Assembly: GCF_023055435.1 (NCBI RefSeq)
Contig: NW_025963779.1
Location: 16,368,001 to 16,432,000 of the forward strand
DNA from: Haliotis rufescens
Taxonomy: Eukaryota
DNA length: 64,000 bases
Reading direction: 5' to 3'
In this document: positions 26,101-38,744 of the stretch, piece after piece
Layout of the letters: each line of letters opens with the position of its first letter
Position numbering within the stretch: the stretch's first letter is position 1
Made by a program: the position numbers and the translations under genes
The notes under the pieces: generated by a model
Told to the model about the DNA's origin: nothing
What the model saw: the letters and a program-made list of their open reading frames with translations, nothing else
Database searches by the model: none

Positions 26101-26411
26101 TTCATGTTGATTTCAATGATGATAAAGAAAACGTCTTAGTCTCACGACATTTTAACCACAAGATAAAATATTTTGTATTCAATTTCAGTTTTCAAGTCAT
26201 TTACCTGAATGTTCTTTACCCGTTTTAAGTTACTTAATTCGCAAATAAATTCATGTTATAATTTGTTGTTAAATATTGGTTGATTATAACCTTTTCCAAT
26301 GCAGACAAATACCCCAACCTTGCCGCCTACTGTGAACGTATGAAGGACGCATTCTGGCCCGACTGGGACCAGTGCATCACACACGGTGGAACAAGGGAGG
26401 CAACAAAGTAA
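20138..26411 (+). CDS. FAXC: Failed axon connections homolog, copy 3, 6 exons, 291 aa
   Basis: Exons 20138-20253, 20968-21106, 21647-21843, 22653-22852, 25577-25693 and 26305-26411. Lengths and phases match copy 1, the frame is open, and intron 5 has a GC donor. Confidence 0.9.
20484..20834 (+). mobile_element. tRNA-derived SINE, family 3 (centre resembles the Meta domain)
   Basis: A box GTGGTCTAGTGGT, B box GGTTCGATCCC, centre GTCATACCAAAAGACGTTAAAAGATGGTAC...GGCGCTCGGCATTAAGGG, tail (CACCT)n. 16-bp TSD TCACCATAAACATAGT at 20468-20483 and 20835-20850. Confidence 0.88.
22182..22345. repeat. 33-bp tandem repeat, about 5 copies
   Basis: GGTGGATCCTACTGCTATAAGATGGCACTTATA repeated head to tail. 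A 2-copy version lies at 23336-23400. Confidence 0.92.
23700..24830 (+). mobile_element. Highly degenerate LINE ORF2 C-terminal relic
   Basis: PLEIEKGRTEIIPVEERVCKL at about 24722-24784 resembles the LEIExGR...EERxC motif at the end of non-LTR ORF2. The segment is absent from the paralogous intron. Boundaries are approximate. Confidence 0.45.
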
Positions 26412-26792
26412 TAACTGCAAATACCGTTTTCTTCCAAGGAGCTTTAGCTTTTAATTATTATTATGTTCGGGTTTAGCTTCATATGTTTTTTGCTATGATA
26501 TCTATTCAAACATAGCTCAATACAAAGTACATGAATCAGACGTGACTGTAATGGTTATCAACTCGATTAATTCATCCTTTCGACTAGAACTGAACTTCGC
26601 TGGCATATTTTGTGCCTCGACCCTGGTGCACAGAACGACCTTAACACTTAGACTACTCTAACTTCACTTACTTAATCCCAGACTCATGATGATTGTAGCG
26701 ATAAGTACACTTAGTGCAATGAGGTCCTGACTAAAAATGAACTGTATAAATAATATAAAACATTTCCCCAAACATTATCGTTCGTACAGATA

Positions 26793-27078
26793 GGGAGGGG
26801 GGCACGGGTGGCCCAGTCGTCTAAGGCGCCGCGATTCGCTGTGCAGAGTTGCGTCCCTTTGGCACGCCAGAAACCTATGATTGTGGGTTCGAATCCTGGT
26901 TCGCCCCAATTATGTTTCTAGGTTTGTCAGAACCATACCCGTGCTCGTGGGTTTCACCGAAGTGGTAAACGTCTGAGACCTGCATCACTTCGGGCTTTCC
27001 TCCCACATTAAGCTGACACGCCGTGATATAACTGGAATAATGTTAAAAGCGGCGTTAAACCCAACTCACTCATTCACT
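26793..27078 (+). mobile_element. tRNA-derived SINE, family 2
   Basis: Near-identical to 3346-3619, flanked by GTACAGATA repeats. The paralogous site near 16864 is empty. Confidence 0.88.
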
Positions 27079-28061
27079 TGTACAGATATAGTTTCATGTG
27101 AAGTTAAAGTTATGTTTAATTAAACTGAACCATGCGTCAGGGTAGGAGGTATTATGTACCAAGCATATATATCTACCAGAAGGGGCATGAATTCCGTCAC
27201 TTCATGCATTCCATCTTTTCGTACTTCTCCTTACAAGTTGTTTCACTTTTAGATTTCATATTCCTAGTAAGTTATATCCATTAACTGAAGCGATGATTTA
27301 TTATGATAATAGACTGCTCCGTTTGGATATGTGTGCGTGAATGAGTATGGTGTAAAGATGCTTAGAACAATATTTTAACTACATCACTGTGCGTCAGTTA
27401 ATGTGGGAGAAAAGACCGAAGAGATGCAGCCGAGGGAACTCTACAACTATAATGAAATTAATCTTAATAATCTGAGATTCGAACCCACGATCACAGCGAT
27501 GCGTTATTTGGGTTCCCCGCTGCTATATGGGATAGTGTTAAAAAGTTTGATCTATACTCACTCACCTTCTCATGTGGCCGAATAATGTCACATTGTGTCC
27601 ATGAAGTATATATGTTGTTTGTTTAAAATATACTGCTTTGATTTTCAACTTATGTGTTCTTTGTTACGTTACTCCTGTTTGTGAGCTATAGGGGACTTTC
27701 AGACAATAGAGTGCGATCTTTCAATAACTGGCGAAATCAGTATGAACAAATGTCTTGGGTATCCAAAAATCTACCAAACAGATGTCACCACAGTACGTTT
27801 TGCAGTACGGTTACTATAGCTATCAACTCTGCCGTGATATGTATATGTACGTTGAAGCAATACACAATTATTAGAATACTATGCATTTGGTGTTTCCATA
27901 TGTTTTCAAGTAAAGTTTGTATTACCGCAAAAGATGTCCTTACAGTGTTATATTGTCATCCGATTCACTGGCATAACTGCTTGCATACGACGCTACTTCC
28001 AGATAATAACACAAGCAAGACAAAAGAAAATGACACGCGTCACAAATGGAATTAATTCCAG

Positions 28062-28168
28062 GGCCCACTTGCACAAAGCGATCTTAGCGCTAAGATGATC
28101 GTAACTCCCATACGTTAACATAGGCTTACAATAGTCGTAGCGCTAAGATCGCTTTGTGCAAGTGGGCC
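28062..28168. mobile_element. 107-bp MITE with 31-bp perfect TIRs and CAG TSD (PIF/Harbinger-like)
   Basis: GGCCCACTTGCACAAAGCGATCTTAGCGCTA ... TAGCGCTAAGATCGCTTTGTGCAAGTGGGCC, with CAG at 28059-28061 and 28169-28171. Decayed relatives lie near 16703-16810 and 26620-26730. Confidence 0.85.
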
Positions 28169-28699
28169 CAGGTCACTAACAGAAGTGAGAAAAACAACTC
28201 AAACTTTTAAAAATTAATCAATACAAAAAGGCCACAAGACACACATGAACAGAAGGTACGGATACAGCTGCAGATACAAAACGGATACACAACATAGTGA
28301 TATATAGATAAAGAACCAAACGTTATAAACATATAACTAATACATATTAACTAGATATATCCAACGTTCGAATTCCGGACCGATTCCTGGTGTCTCAGTA
28401 CCATACCAGTGTTCGTGTGTTTTACTACAGTGCGTCAAAACGAGCCTTTTTCTCACATTTATCTTATATGCAATGTTATAAATAAATCAATGTTTAAATT
28501 GGGTTCACCCTACTTCACTTACGCCTTGACACAAGACCTAAATACCAAGAACCAAAGTGGTGTCAACGGAATTCCAGGATGTTTATAACCGCAAGAAAGA
28601 CACTTCCGATTTGGAATTAAGTCTTGGTCAGGCAGAGAATGATGACTATTGTCCTCCGTTTTCAGTGTGTAATGGAACAAACAACTAAATTGTAACAGA

Positions 28700-29990
28700 T
28701 ATCTTGAAACAACTTTCAAGTGACCATCTTCCTTAAAGTTGGTCAGCATTTCAGTTATATAACAGCGTGTCAGCTTGTAGAACTCCAAGTCAAGCAGGGC
28801 TTGGAGGTTTACTGCTTTTGAGAAGACGGACGAGTAGGGGTATAGTGCTGCCAGTACCTGTGCCCTAAATTAGACTTCATGTCTGGTGGCTATAAACATG
28901 GGTGGGGTCCTGCAGAACGTTGGTTGTGATCATTGGATTCCATTGGCACAACACAATTTGTTGGTTAGTTTACGTGTGAATGAAATTGTACAAAATATAG
29001 CATGAAGCAAAATACGGACGCAGCTTTATCACCAGCACTATTACACAGTACACTGATGTGCAGTTTGTGGAGCTAGGTACACATCGTGACACAATAGAAA
29101 AACTACAATACCATGACCAGATGGGCCGGAAAAATACACATCATGGCCACATGGGCCGGAAGATCCCATGTTGTAACATACACCGCCATCCTCTGTGGTT
29201 TGGTACACTACATGAGGCGCAGTTAGTACGTCGAGGTTCAATTTACATCCAGTTTATGAATGTTTATAAGAAACTTGTCATGCCTTCACCACTTCATGCC
29301 ACTTCGCTCTCCCATGTCAAGCTGAGTTTATACTTCTGTAGACCAAGATTCAACTCCACTGACCTTGCAACTGCTCTCCAGTGAGCCCAGTAGATCAGAC
29401 CGGAGTCGAATAGCCATATCTTTGTCAAAATGAGCTGTTACAATACATTATTCGAAGATACTTTGCATGTGCAACAAAATTCCATCTGACCCATGTACAA
29501 AGTAGCGCATGTGGTATTCCCTGTTTTACGACATACATACATGTACTGGCTCCCATCTTGAATGAGTGTGTTGCAGCTTTTATGTGGATGTTTAGGAAAT
29601 GTAAGGTTTTCCTGAGTACTGCAGAGAACTGATATTTGGTGACAGGTTTACCATTTAAATGGATGAATAACTGGCCTGGTTGGGCGGAGCCTAAAGACAG
29701 ATTGTGGACAGCTGGGATTGTCAGTGTTGTGCCGTTGCTATGTTGATCATTCCTCGAAAAACGAATTTTGACGAACATTGGTTGTGCAATGATACCAACA
29801 TCTGACAATTCCAAAGTCCTGTTCTTATTCATCTTTGACACTGGCGCTATCTCACCAATCTGTAAGAATAAAAAATATGCCAAGTTAAACATGGCGACAA
29901 GTGAACAGCTTTGTAACCGATGCACACAGTCTGGAGGGCACTAGGCAGTCTCTTAAACATGTCAGTTGGGTTTCTATTGTCGGTTTTCTA
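28700..29990 (-). mobile_element. Relic of a tyrosine-recombinase (DIRS/Ngaro-type) element: YR plus SGNH-hydrolase-like ORF
   Basis: ORF 29425-29925 has decayed YR motifs (AYFLFLQIGEI, LFIHLNGKPVTKYQF, THSFKMGAST, VRW..AHAKYLR). It is followed by KIWLFDSGLIYWAH...NLGL (about 29420-29340) and FKEDGHL (about 28720-28740), resembling SGNH blocks I and V. Confidence 0.7.
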
Positions 29991-30069
29991 TTGTATTTCT
30001 GTATCCATGTATGAATTTGTCAGTAGGACCAGACCAGCTAATAATTTTGTGATGATAATTGACGCAGAA

Positions 30070-30770
30070 GCGAGAAAGACTTACTGTGCGTTCATAGACC
30101 TAATGGCTGGCTTTGTTTCTGTGTATCGGAATGGCTTTTATTCAAGCTGTGGACTGGAGGTGTTAATGGTAGAACCTATAAGTTAATCAGATATATGTTT
30201 GAATCTGTGAAATCATGTCTGTCTTTGGAAAATGGGTATACTGAGTTGTTCTTATCGGGTGTTCGACAGGGTTATCAAATGTCGCCATTTTTGTTTTCAT
30301 ATTGTTCCAGAGTGGTTTTCCGCCGAAGATCCATGGTATCACGTTAAATGCTCTTGAGATTTTCATATTTGCTGACGACATTATTATGTCACAGTTGTAG
30401 GTGCACAAAGGTGTCTTGCTAAGTTTTATTCTTATTGCAATAAATGGAAGTTAAAAATCAATATTAATAAAAGTAAGGTTATTATGTTCAGAAATAGTGG
30501 CCACTTGAGGAAATATCGAAAGGTTACGATTGGAGATTCTGTTCGCAAGGTCGTAACTAGTTATTAATATCTGGGAGTACAACTGTCTTGCTCTGGCTCT
30601 ATTAATTTAACTCAGCAAACGTTAGCTCAGCAGTCATCTGAGTTATTCGAATACTTCAGTCTTCTTTGAAACTCTCCACTCTAGCCCCAGATGTCTGTTT
30701 TCATACATTTCAAAGGTTTTGCTGTACTGTCCCAGGCAGCTGAAGTATGGGGGTTTCATCCCTCTCCTCA
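30070..30770 (+). mobile_element. Degenerate LINE reverse transcriptase relic
   Basis: Collinear motif fragments KTYCAFIDL, IFADDI, KININKSKVIMF, YLGV and AEVWG, interrupted by stops and frameshifts. Confidence 0.75.
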
Positions 30771-33700
30771 TATATATCAATTGGGGTCGACGACATGCAT
30801 CAACCACGTCAGCGAGTCTGACCACACGATCCCGTCAGTCGCCTCTTACGACAAGCATAGTCGCCTTTTACGGCAAGCATTGGTTGCTGAAGACCTATTC
30901 TACCCCGGATCTTAGCGGGTCAGGTCGAAAAGTAGCACGTCTCGCCTATCGACCCTACGTCTTACTTTCTGACCCACCTTCCCTCTTGTCACTGCTATCA
31001 CCGAAACACGATCGATTTCATGGCTACACAAAGCTGTTATCATTTGAAATGGTACAGTTAAATATAGATACCGCTTTACATACACATATCCTCAGCAAAG
31101 CAGTCATTACAATTCGATAACGGTATATTATTTTTCACTAGACTAGACTATTTTGACTAGATAGTTTTCTAAGGGTATCAAATTCCTCCTTTACCGGTTA
31201 TACGTGTTGTTGCCTTGATAGCCTGGGCTTACCACATACTTGAATAGGAGTTTCTCGGTGCACAATGCCGGTTGTCGTGTGTAAACACACCGACCTGAAT
31301 ATCGCCAAACATGCACACTCAGATAACATATGTGTCATCCAACAACAAAAGAAGCATGTGAATCTATTTGTGACGATATTCGTGTACATGCAGATCATGA
31401 TATACATGTTCGAGCAGATCAGCCTGCATGAGCCCTCGCCAACAGACGCTTTCAGTGACAGTGACGGTTCTCATTTTAAACTGATTTACTCAAATGTTTG
31501 TGTTTTGAAATAAAGATTACTTATTCCTGAATTTTCTACTACATATTCTACTATATGAAACCCAATATGCATAAAATGAATTAAATTTTACTTTTCAATA
31601 ATTCACGATTAGGAACATTGAGAAAACTGTCCAAATTCTGTAAAATCATCGTTCAGTTCAGATAAGGCTATGTCGACGTGTCGCTCTTACACTGTGAGCA
31701 CAATGCAAGTTTTAACATGTGTCGGGTTTATTTAAGTGACTGTCTGTGTTCGTTATTTAACGCCGCACATTGCACTATTCCAGCTCTGTGACGGCGGGCT
31801 ATTCATAATAAGAGTCTGGACAAGCGAAGCCAGTGATAAGGTATTATCATCAACGACCCACGCCGTTGGGGTGCGTTGACACGCTACCAACCAATTACCC
31901 GAGCCTGACCAACCGATCCATTGAGGAGTCATCTCTTGTGACCTATTGAAGTTCCTGGAGACCAAATCTTTGGTCCCGTTGGTCGATGCTTAATACAAGC
32001 ATAGTCGCCATTTACGGCAAGCATGGGCTGATGAAAACCTATTCTACCCCGGATCTTCACGGGTCCCTTATAGAACCTCGAAACAGAACCGTGTCGACTG
32101 AATACCAGGACGTTTAGCCCTAACAAGACTGTTTTCCATCTGGAATTAAGACTGGGTCAGACAGAGAATGTTACTATTGCCCCATGTTGTTGGTGTTTAA
32201 TGATGACAAAAATATCCTTTTTAAAACTTTCCAGTGCCAATCCTCCCAAACGTAAGCGCGTTGGTTTTACGCCGTTTGGGTGAGTATTGGAGTTATATCA
32301 CGGCAGGGCAGAATAATGGGGGTGAAGCCCGAAACCACATACGTCCTAACGTTCACCACTCCTGTGAAAACCTACGAGCTGTAGTACAGTGCCGATAGTG
32401 TCTTACAGTGTCTGGGTTATTTTCAAACAAGTTTAGCATTTGCAGGTAATTTTACAGCCTCAGAAATGAAGTTCAATTTCTACATCTTTGCGCAATTGTA
32501 CAGACGAATGTTTACCCCGTACCGGACACAATTCTCGCACCATGGTCATTTTTGAGAACCCATTAGGGAACCCTGATAGAGGATAGAACTGTGATGTTCT
32601 TTGGAATTACAGATTTTCTATAAATAACTCGGCATTTTATTGGTCGCCGGTACAACTTTTAATCTGTTCGTCCTTTCGTTCTTTCAGTCAAGCATGCACG
32701 TGCAGTTATAGAATGAAAACGAGAGTAGAGGTGATTTGCATATTGAAAAATGGCAACGAAAAACATTAATTGTAGACAATTTTTAGATTAAATAATGTCG
32801 TTCTGTGTAGATATGTGTGAGTGAGTGTGTAACGCCGTTTCGGTCAGCATTTCAGTTATCTCTGTGTATCAGTCTCGTGTGGGAGGAAACCCCGAAGTGA
32901 TGCAGGTCCTATAAATTTTACCACTTTGGTGAAACAAAACAGCACGTGTAAGGTGCTTACAAACCCAAGAAACATAATCAGGGTCAGCTTAATGTGTGAG
33001 GAAAGCCCGAAGTGATGCAGGTCTTAGACGTTTACCACTTCGGTGAAACCCACGAGCACGCGTATGGTGCTGACAAACCTAGAAACATAATCGGGGCGAA
33101 CCGGGATTCGAAACAACAATCATAGGTTTCTGGCGTGCCCAAGGGACGCAACTCTGCTGGAATTGGGACCCACGATCACACAGATGCTTTAATAAACTAT
33201 ACGCGCTCACTCACCCACATGTTCCAATTGCATGTATGATATGCCCTGTTTAAAATATAATGACGCCGTGATATAACTGGAATACTGTTAAAAGCGGCGT
33301 TAAACCCAACTCACCCACTTAAAATATAATGCTTTGGATTTCAATATATTTGTTTATTTTTATGTGATTCCTGTATATGAGCTTTAGGGGACATTAAGAA
33401 TATGACCTGTTGCGTACCTCTCGCGGAATTTACTGTGATCATAAGTTTGATGTGTTTCTAAGACGTCAGACAATCCACCACCATCAATCCATGTCCACGT
33501 GGACTGTTACACAAAGCATGAACCCTCCACGTGTGTGGAGAAAAAGTACAAAGTAACTTGGTTTACAATAAATACATTTATTTCAGCTCTTGGAAAACAA
33601 AATTCAAGTAATTCAAATAACAAACAACATAACAGTATCAGCAAAAGCATATATATATGACACAATACTTAATGAAATCATGAATGTTGTATTTACAAAA

Positions 33701-33956
33701 AGTATATTCCACTACTGTTATCATAGCGACAACATCTTAGTCATGTGTACATGTACGTTCAAGCATCACATAATTATTAGGACACTATGTCATGCGCCAC
33801 TGCTCAATCAATAAGAATCAATATTTAAATATAGGCAATGTCCGACAAAAAATATATTGAACTATGGACATTTTATAGTCCGTGAATTATATTACGCATT
33901 CAAATTGCAATCAAATAGTATGCTGCACATGTCCGTCTCTTTCAAATATCAGCTGT

Positions 33957-36900
33957 CTACATCTTGGGCGCCTCGTCCTCATCATCAAGCGTGATGACGT
34001 CGTCAGTGGCCTTGACGTTGCGCATTTCTTCTACGCAGGCTTCCATTGGCTCATCAGCCTCATTGTGACGGCGGCAGCGTCTGCGAGGGCACTGTGCCTG
34101 ACCATGACCTTCACCTCGAGGGTGACCCCTGAATCGACCTCTGCCGCCCTCTCTAGGGTCACCTCGTCCATCTTCCCATCCGGCAAAACCCATGTCGTTC
34201 CATGGTTCCATTTCACTGAAGTGTTCCCCTCGCCTCTTGCAACCTCCACGACCACAACGACCACCACGTCTCCCCCATCCTCTTCGTTTCCAACAACCTT
34301 CACCCCAGGCATAAGGATGCGTTCCCATCATGCCCCAGAACTGCATTGGGCCACCTGCAAACATACCAGGGTGGCCGAGAAATGGCGGGGGCATGTCCTC
34401 ATCCGAGGATCCGAAGATTCCATCCTCTTCGGTCTGGGAGTCTTCAACATGGTGTCGATCGTGATTATGACATTTTCGGCTTCCCTTCTTTCCTCTGCCA
34501 CACTTTCTCGCTCCTCTTTGGCCATCTGTCTTCATTTCTGTATCTGTCAAATACAAAAACAAGAATAGGGTCAAACCATACAGACCAAGGTAGAAGACAC
34601 AACCATCATGTATATGGGTTTACGCAATATCGCGGAGGGTGACACCAGAAATGGGCTTTGGACATTTGACCCATGTTGGGAACTGAATCAGGGACTTTGG
34701 TTTGACGAGCGAATGCTGTACCTGAACCGACAAGCCTACTCCGCCGCTACCCATTGGGAGTAACACAAAACCTTTAGTCAGTACTAGTTACGATTATTCT
34801 GAAGACATGGCTCACTGGACCACTGCCACGTAGCACTGATGAACTAATTTGTCTGACCGTCAAGATTGCATTGTTCTTACATTGCACGGACGTCGAACAA
34901 TGGTACTTTGGCCCATGCAGGGTACACATACACGATCATCTCGCCAACCTCGGTTATATCAAAACAGGGAAGAGGCGGTGGGATAGCCTACTGGTTAAAG
35001 CGACGGCTCGCCGTGTCAAAGAACTGGGTACCAAATGGGCAAAATGATTAACGCCCATGTTGGTGTCTCTTGCTATGGTGTAGCGACATAACTGTCTTTA
35101 CCAAAGTGGCAACCCATACTCAATCACTTCACACTCGGTCTACCTTGTCCCTCCAACTGTAGGAGACGGAAACTCAATCCACAGATAACATGGATCAACT
35201 TGTTTGTGTAAAGTGGACATTAGTGATTGTATGTTGTTGTAAGTGAGAGTGAGATAGGATACCTACCATTACCATCAGCAGTGCCCTCTCTGACCTCAGG
35301 TGCATCTTCCGTAGTTTTCGCTTGGGCGTCATTATCTGCTGTGTTGTCGGACTCTTCACCGGGAGTGGCCTCCCCTTCAGTCCTTGACTCATGGCACTGA
35401 TTCTTCTTCTTCCAGCGTTTCATGCGCTTCATCCATCGGTGAAAGTGAGGAGGGGCCATTCCTTCCATTGGCTGCAAAATTGTGTGTAAATTGATCACAT
35501 CCCGTGAGAAGGGTGCATGTTGAATAAATACAGGTACACGAGAAGATGGCACGGTGACTTCGGTCAAAATGATACTTCGCGGGTGTTTATTCGAGAGGTA
35601 TTCAATTTATGTTTAGGATTAGTCATGATTAATAACTAAAGGATTAGTCATGATTAATAGCAACTCACCATTCTGCCTGCACCTCGCATGCCACCCATTC
35701 TGCCCCACCCTCGGCCCCACCCTCGGCCCCACCCCTGCATCCTCGGGTCAAAGTCCCATTCATCCTCCTCGGATACGGCAGGAGAGACATCTGGCAAAAA
35801 AAGATCATTCATCAAAAGATTAGTTTGATATGGCAGTACTTTGACTCATTCTTCAAAGTATTACTATTGCCTATCATCATTATTATCATCATCAACAACA
35901 ACAAAAACAATACCAAAATCACCACAGTCATCAACAGTATCAAAGTAAAAAGAAATATCTGATCAACGTTTAAGCTGGGGCACGTACTGAATACAGAGAC
36001 ACTGAAGCCCCCATACAATCTCTACATACACATACGTTATTTAGTTGTACGCGAGTCTGTTGATTGTATTGATCATAAATATCAATACACAAGATCAGTT
36101 GCAGATGTCCCAGGCCGCCATTACCATCAGCAGTAAATCACGACTGTGTATTATATTTATATTGAACAGAAAAATGTTCGTTTGTACCTCGGATGTAGAT
36201 TCTGAGGACGGAATCCTTGACGGAAGAGAGGGCCTCATCCATCTCCTGTTCCGTGGAGCACGTCACAAAGTCGCCTTCACCATCTGAAACAATAGCTCGC
36301 TTTCGTTAGCTTACGTGTTAATAATGAACGTGAACTTTGAGTACGAATAAGGAACAGAAACTGCACACACATGCTGCGACAACTGTCGCGAACTCGAAAG
36401 ACAAGTGAGATGGTTAAAAATAGAATAAAAATAAAACGGTCGACTGACTACCCAGAAATGATATTAACTGAGACATTGTCTGACGCTTTATACAGTGAAA
36501 CCCCGTTAGTCTGGAAAACAAGCATTCCGGAGGATTTGGGATTAGAATGTGTACACATATTCAAAGGAGATAACTCATGGACTTGTTAATCCTACAATGG
36601 CGAAAACACGAGGAATGGAACCATTCGGATGAACGGGGCTTTGTCGACGTATACATCACACATGCATATCTATGTTATTGAAAACATAATCATGGGGAGA
36701 ATAATTTACGCATATATTTTCAAACCCATTTTCGTTACGCTAATTATTTCTGAAATATCAATTTAATGGTTTGTAAAGCATGTTTGTGATAGTAAGAGGA
36801 CTAACTAACTCCTTCGTCGGGCAGTTAATGGAAGACCTCGGGCTTCTGCAAATGATAATGCCCTGAAAAATAGCGTTACCCTTATAGTATCAATACAGGA

Positions 36901-37768
36901 ATTAAAATGTCTTTAAAAAAGTACAGAGAGTGAGTGAGTAATGTTTAACGAAACGGTATAAACAATATTCCCGATACATGAAACGGTCGGTAAATAATCG
37001 GGTCTGGACCAGACTAACAAGTTGTTGATATTATGAACACCCAACTCAGTAGGGGTAGATGACTTGAAAGAACCAAGTTGACCATTTAAAGGTATCATTA
37101 GGATACCGGAATAACAATCGCTTTGAACATTATACTGAATATGTGAGTGAATGTTGTTTCCCAACGCAATGAGTCGTCCCAAAGCATTATGGTTCAGTGT
37201 AGACTCAATGAAATACAGTAAAACCAACCCTGATATACTTCATAAATACATTCATGTCCAGTGACTGTTTTTTGTTTGTTAGTTGTTTAACGCCGCACTC
37301 AGCAATACTCCATCTATGGCGGCGGCCTGTACATAATCGAGTTTGGACCAGACAACCAGTGATCAATATTGTGAACAAAGCGCCACGCAATCGGGGTATG
37401 ATAACAATCAATCAGTAAAGTTATCGATCCTGACCACCCGATTCATTCAGTTGCCTCTTACGACCAGCATACGCTGCCTAGGGTTATATTCTAACCCTGA
37501 ATCCATCAGCAACTCTATACTGTTCATTATAATCATAGATGTTGTTATTATGAACACGATTAACACAAATACTTTCAAATAAACAGAAAAACTCACCTTT
37601 CCAGTACATGTTGAATGTCCCCGCCTCTAGTTGTTTGAACACCTGGGTCACCTTGTCGTGGACGAAGGTGTGTGTAGGGGCGGCGTCCTTAGGACCAGGG
37701 AAACGCCGGACCTCGGGTCTTCCTCTCCCCTCATGCTCATAAAACACTTTGACAACCACAGACTGCAT
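33957..37768 (-). CDS. PB1-domain protein A (SQSTM1/p62-derived, no ZZ/UBA), 5 exons, 393 aa
   Basis: Exons 37768-37597, 36283-36188, 35790-35669, 35471-35267 and 34543-33957 are all GT-AG and form an open 1182-nt frame. The N-terminus MQSVVVKVFY..PEVRRF..YWKDGEGDFVTCSTEQEMDEALSSVKDSVLRIYIR is a p62-type PB1. It is followed by GWGR repeats and an RG-rich tail. AATAAA lies at 33582-33577. Confidence 0.85.
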
Positions 37769-37899
37769 CGTGTTGTTCGGGCTGATTCTCAGTGACGATA
37801 AGTTTCAACAGGTGTTTGAATGTGAAATATCTTTTCAGCAGACGATAGAACTTCGATAGGCTTCTTTTTGTCTTGATTTCACGTCAGCAGGTAGCGGTA

Positions 37900-38120
37900 G
37901 AGTCGCTTGATTCTGTCAGCAAACCCAAACCCGGGCTTTTATACCCCATGTATGTTGTAATTTCTGGAAATAGAATCGAACGTTCGAAAACGTTCCGAGA
38001 ATGAGCTGGCACGTTTCAGACCGGTTGCATCAGGATCACGAGCGTCGATGAGTCATGGTAACGTGGATAGGACTTTCCGCGACACCTACGCATCGAAAAC
38101 GACAGTGACGTCACAATTTT
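37900..38120 (-). promoter_or_regulatory. Promoter of PB1 gene A: TATA, HSE, AP-1, kB-like, CRE
   Basis: TATAAAA at 37943-37937; HSE pentamers cGAAc gTTCg aAAAc gTTCc at 37977-37996 plus tTTCt gGAAa at 37961-37970; TGAGTCA at 38049-38055; AGGACTTTCC at 38069-38078; TGACGTCA at 38106-38113. Confidence 0.7.
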
Positions 38121-38379
38121 GGCTGAGTGCCAAGTAAATCAACTGGTCGTGGTATCCAACTGCCTTGTTATAAAAAGCAATTAAAACATTATCCGAGACA
38201 GATAAATGTGTGTTAATCAATCTGTTGACGCACCAGCATTATTTCAAACGTTTGCATTTAATGAACGTACATGTGTGTTGCTTTAAATGTGCATATATCT
38301 TCATGTAGATTTAAGTTGAGTGTTGGCTCAGAGCCAAGGAATGTGAACTGGTCCGGCCCAAGAACCATTCGGAACGGAG

Positions 38380-38570
38380 CTCGCACGTCACGTGACTTTG
38401 TCAATCGACCCGGGTCCCGTGATTCTCACGCAACCGGTCCGAAATAGTTTGAGACGGCCCGAAACCGGTCCGGAGAACGTTTCAGAACGGTTTGATTCTA
38501 TTAATAGTAATTGACATCACACATTTTCTGGTATATAAACCCCTAGTTTTACTGACAGAATCACTCCTCC
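38380..38570 (+). promoter_or_regulatory. Promoter of PB1 gene B: CLEAR/E-box, degenerate HSE, TATA, Inr
   Basis: Perfect GTCACGTGAC at 38387-38396; aGAAc gTTTc aGAAc at 38474-38488; TATATAAA at 38532-38539; Inr-like TCACTC at 38561-38566, about 30 bp after the TATA. Confidence 0.7.
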
Positions 38571-38744
38571 GGCACGCTCTATACAGCTATACTGAAGTTA
38601 CTACGCCAGCTGCTGAACAAAGACTCAATTGTCGTCTGCTAAAGAAATAAGACCGGTCTGAATAGCGAATACAGATTGCTACACTTGAGAATCCTTCAGT
38701 TCTCCCACTGCTGTACGACATTTCCTGTCCAGAGAAATCCCAAG

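Noticed and set aside
33882-34568. 228-aa plus-strand ORF
   Set aside because: Antisense shadow of PB1 gene A exon 5.
35730-35775. LIR motif in EEDEWDFD of PB1 protein A
   Set aside because: The acidic-Trp start resembles p62 DDDWTHL, but position +3 is Asp rather than L/I/V.
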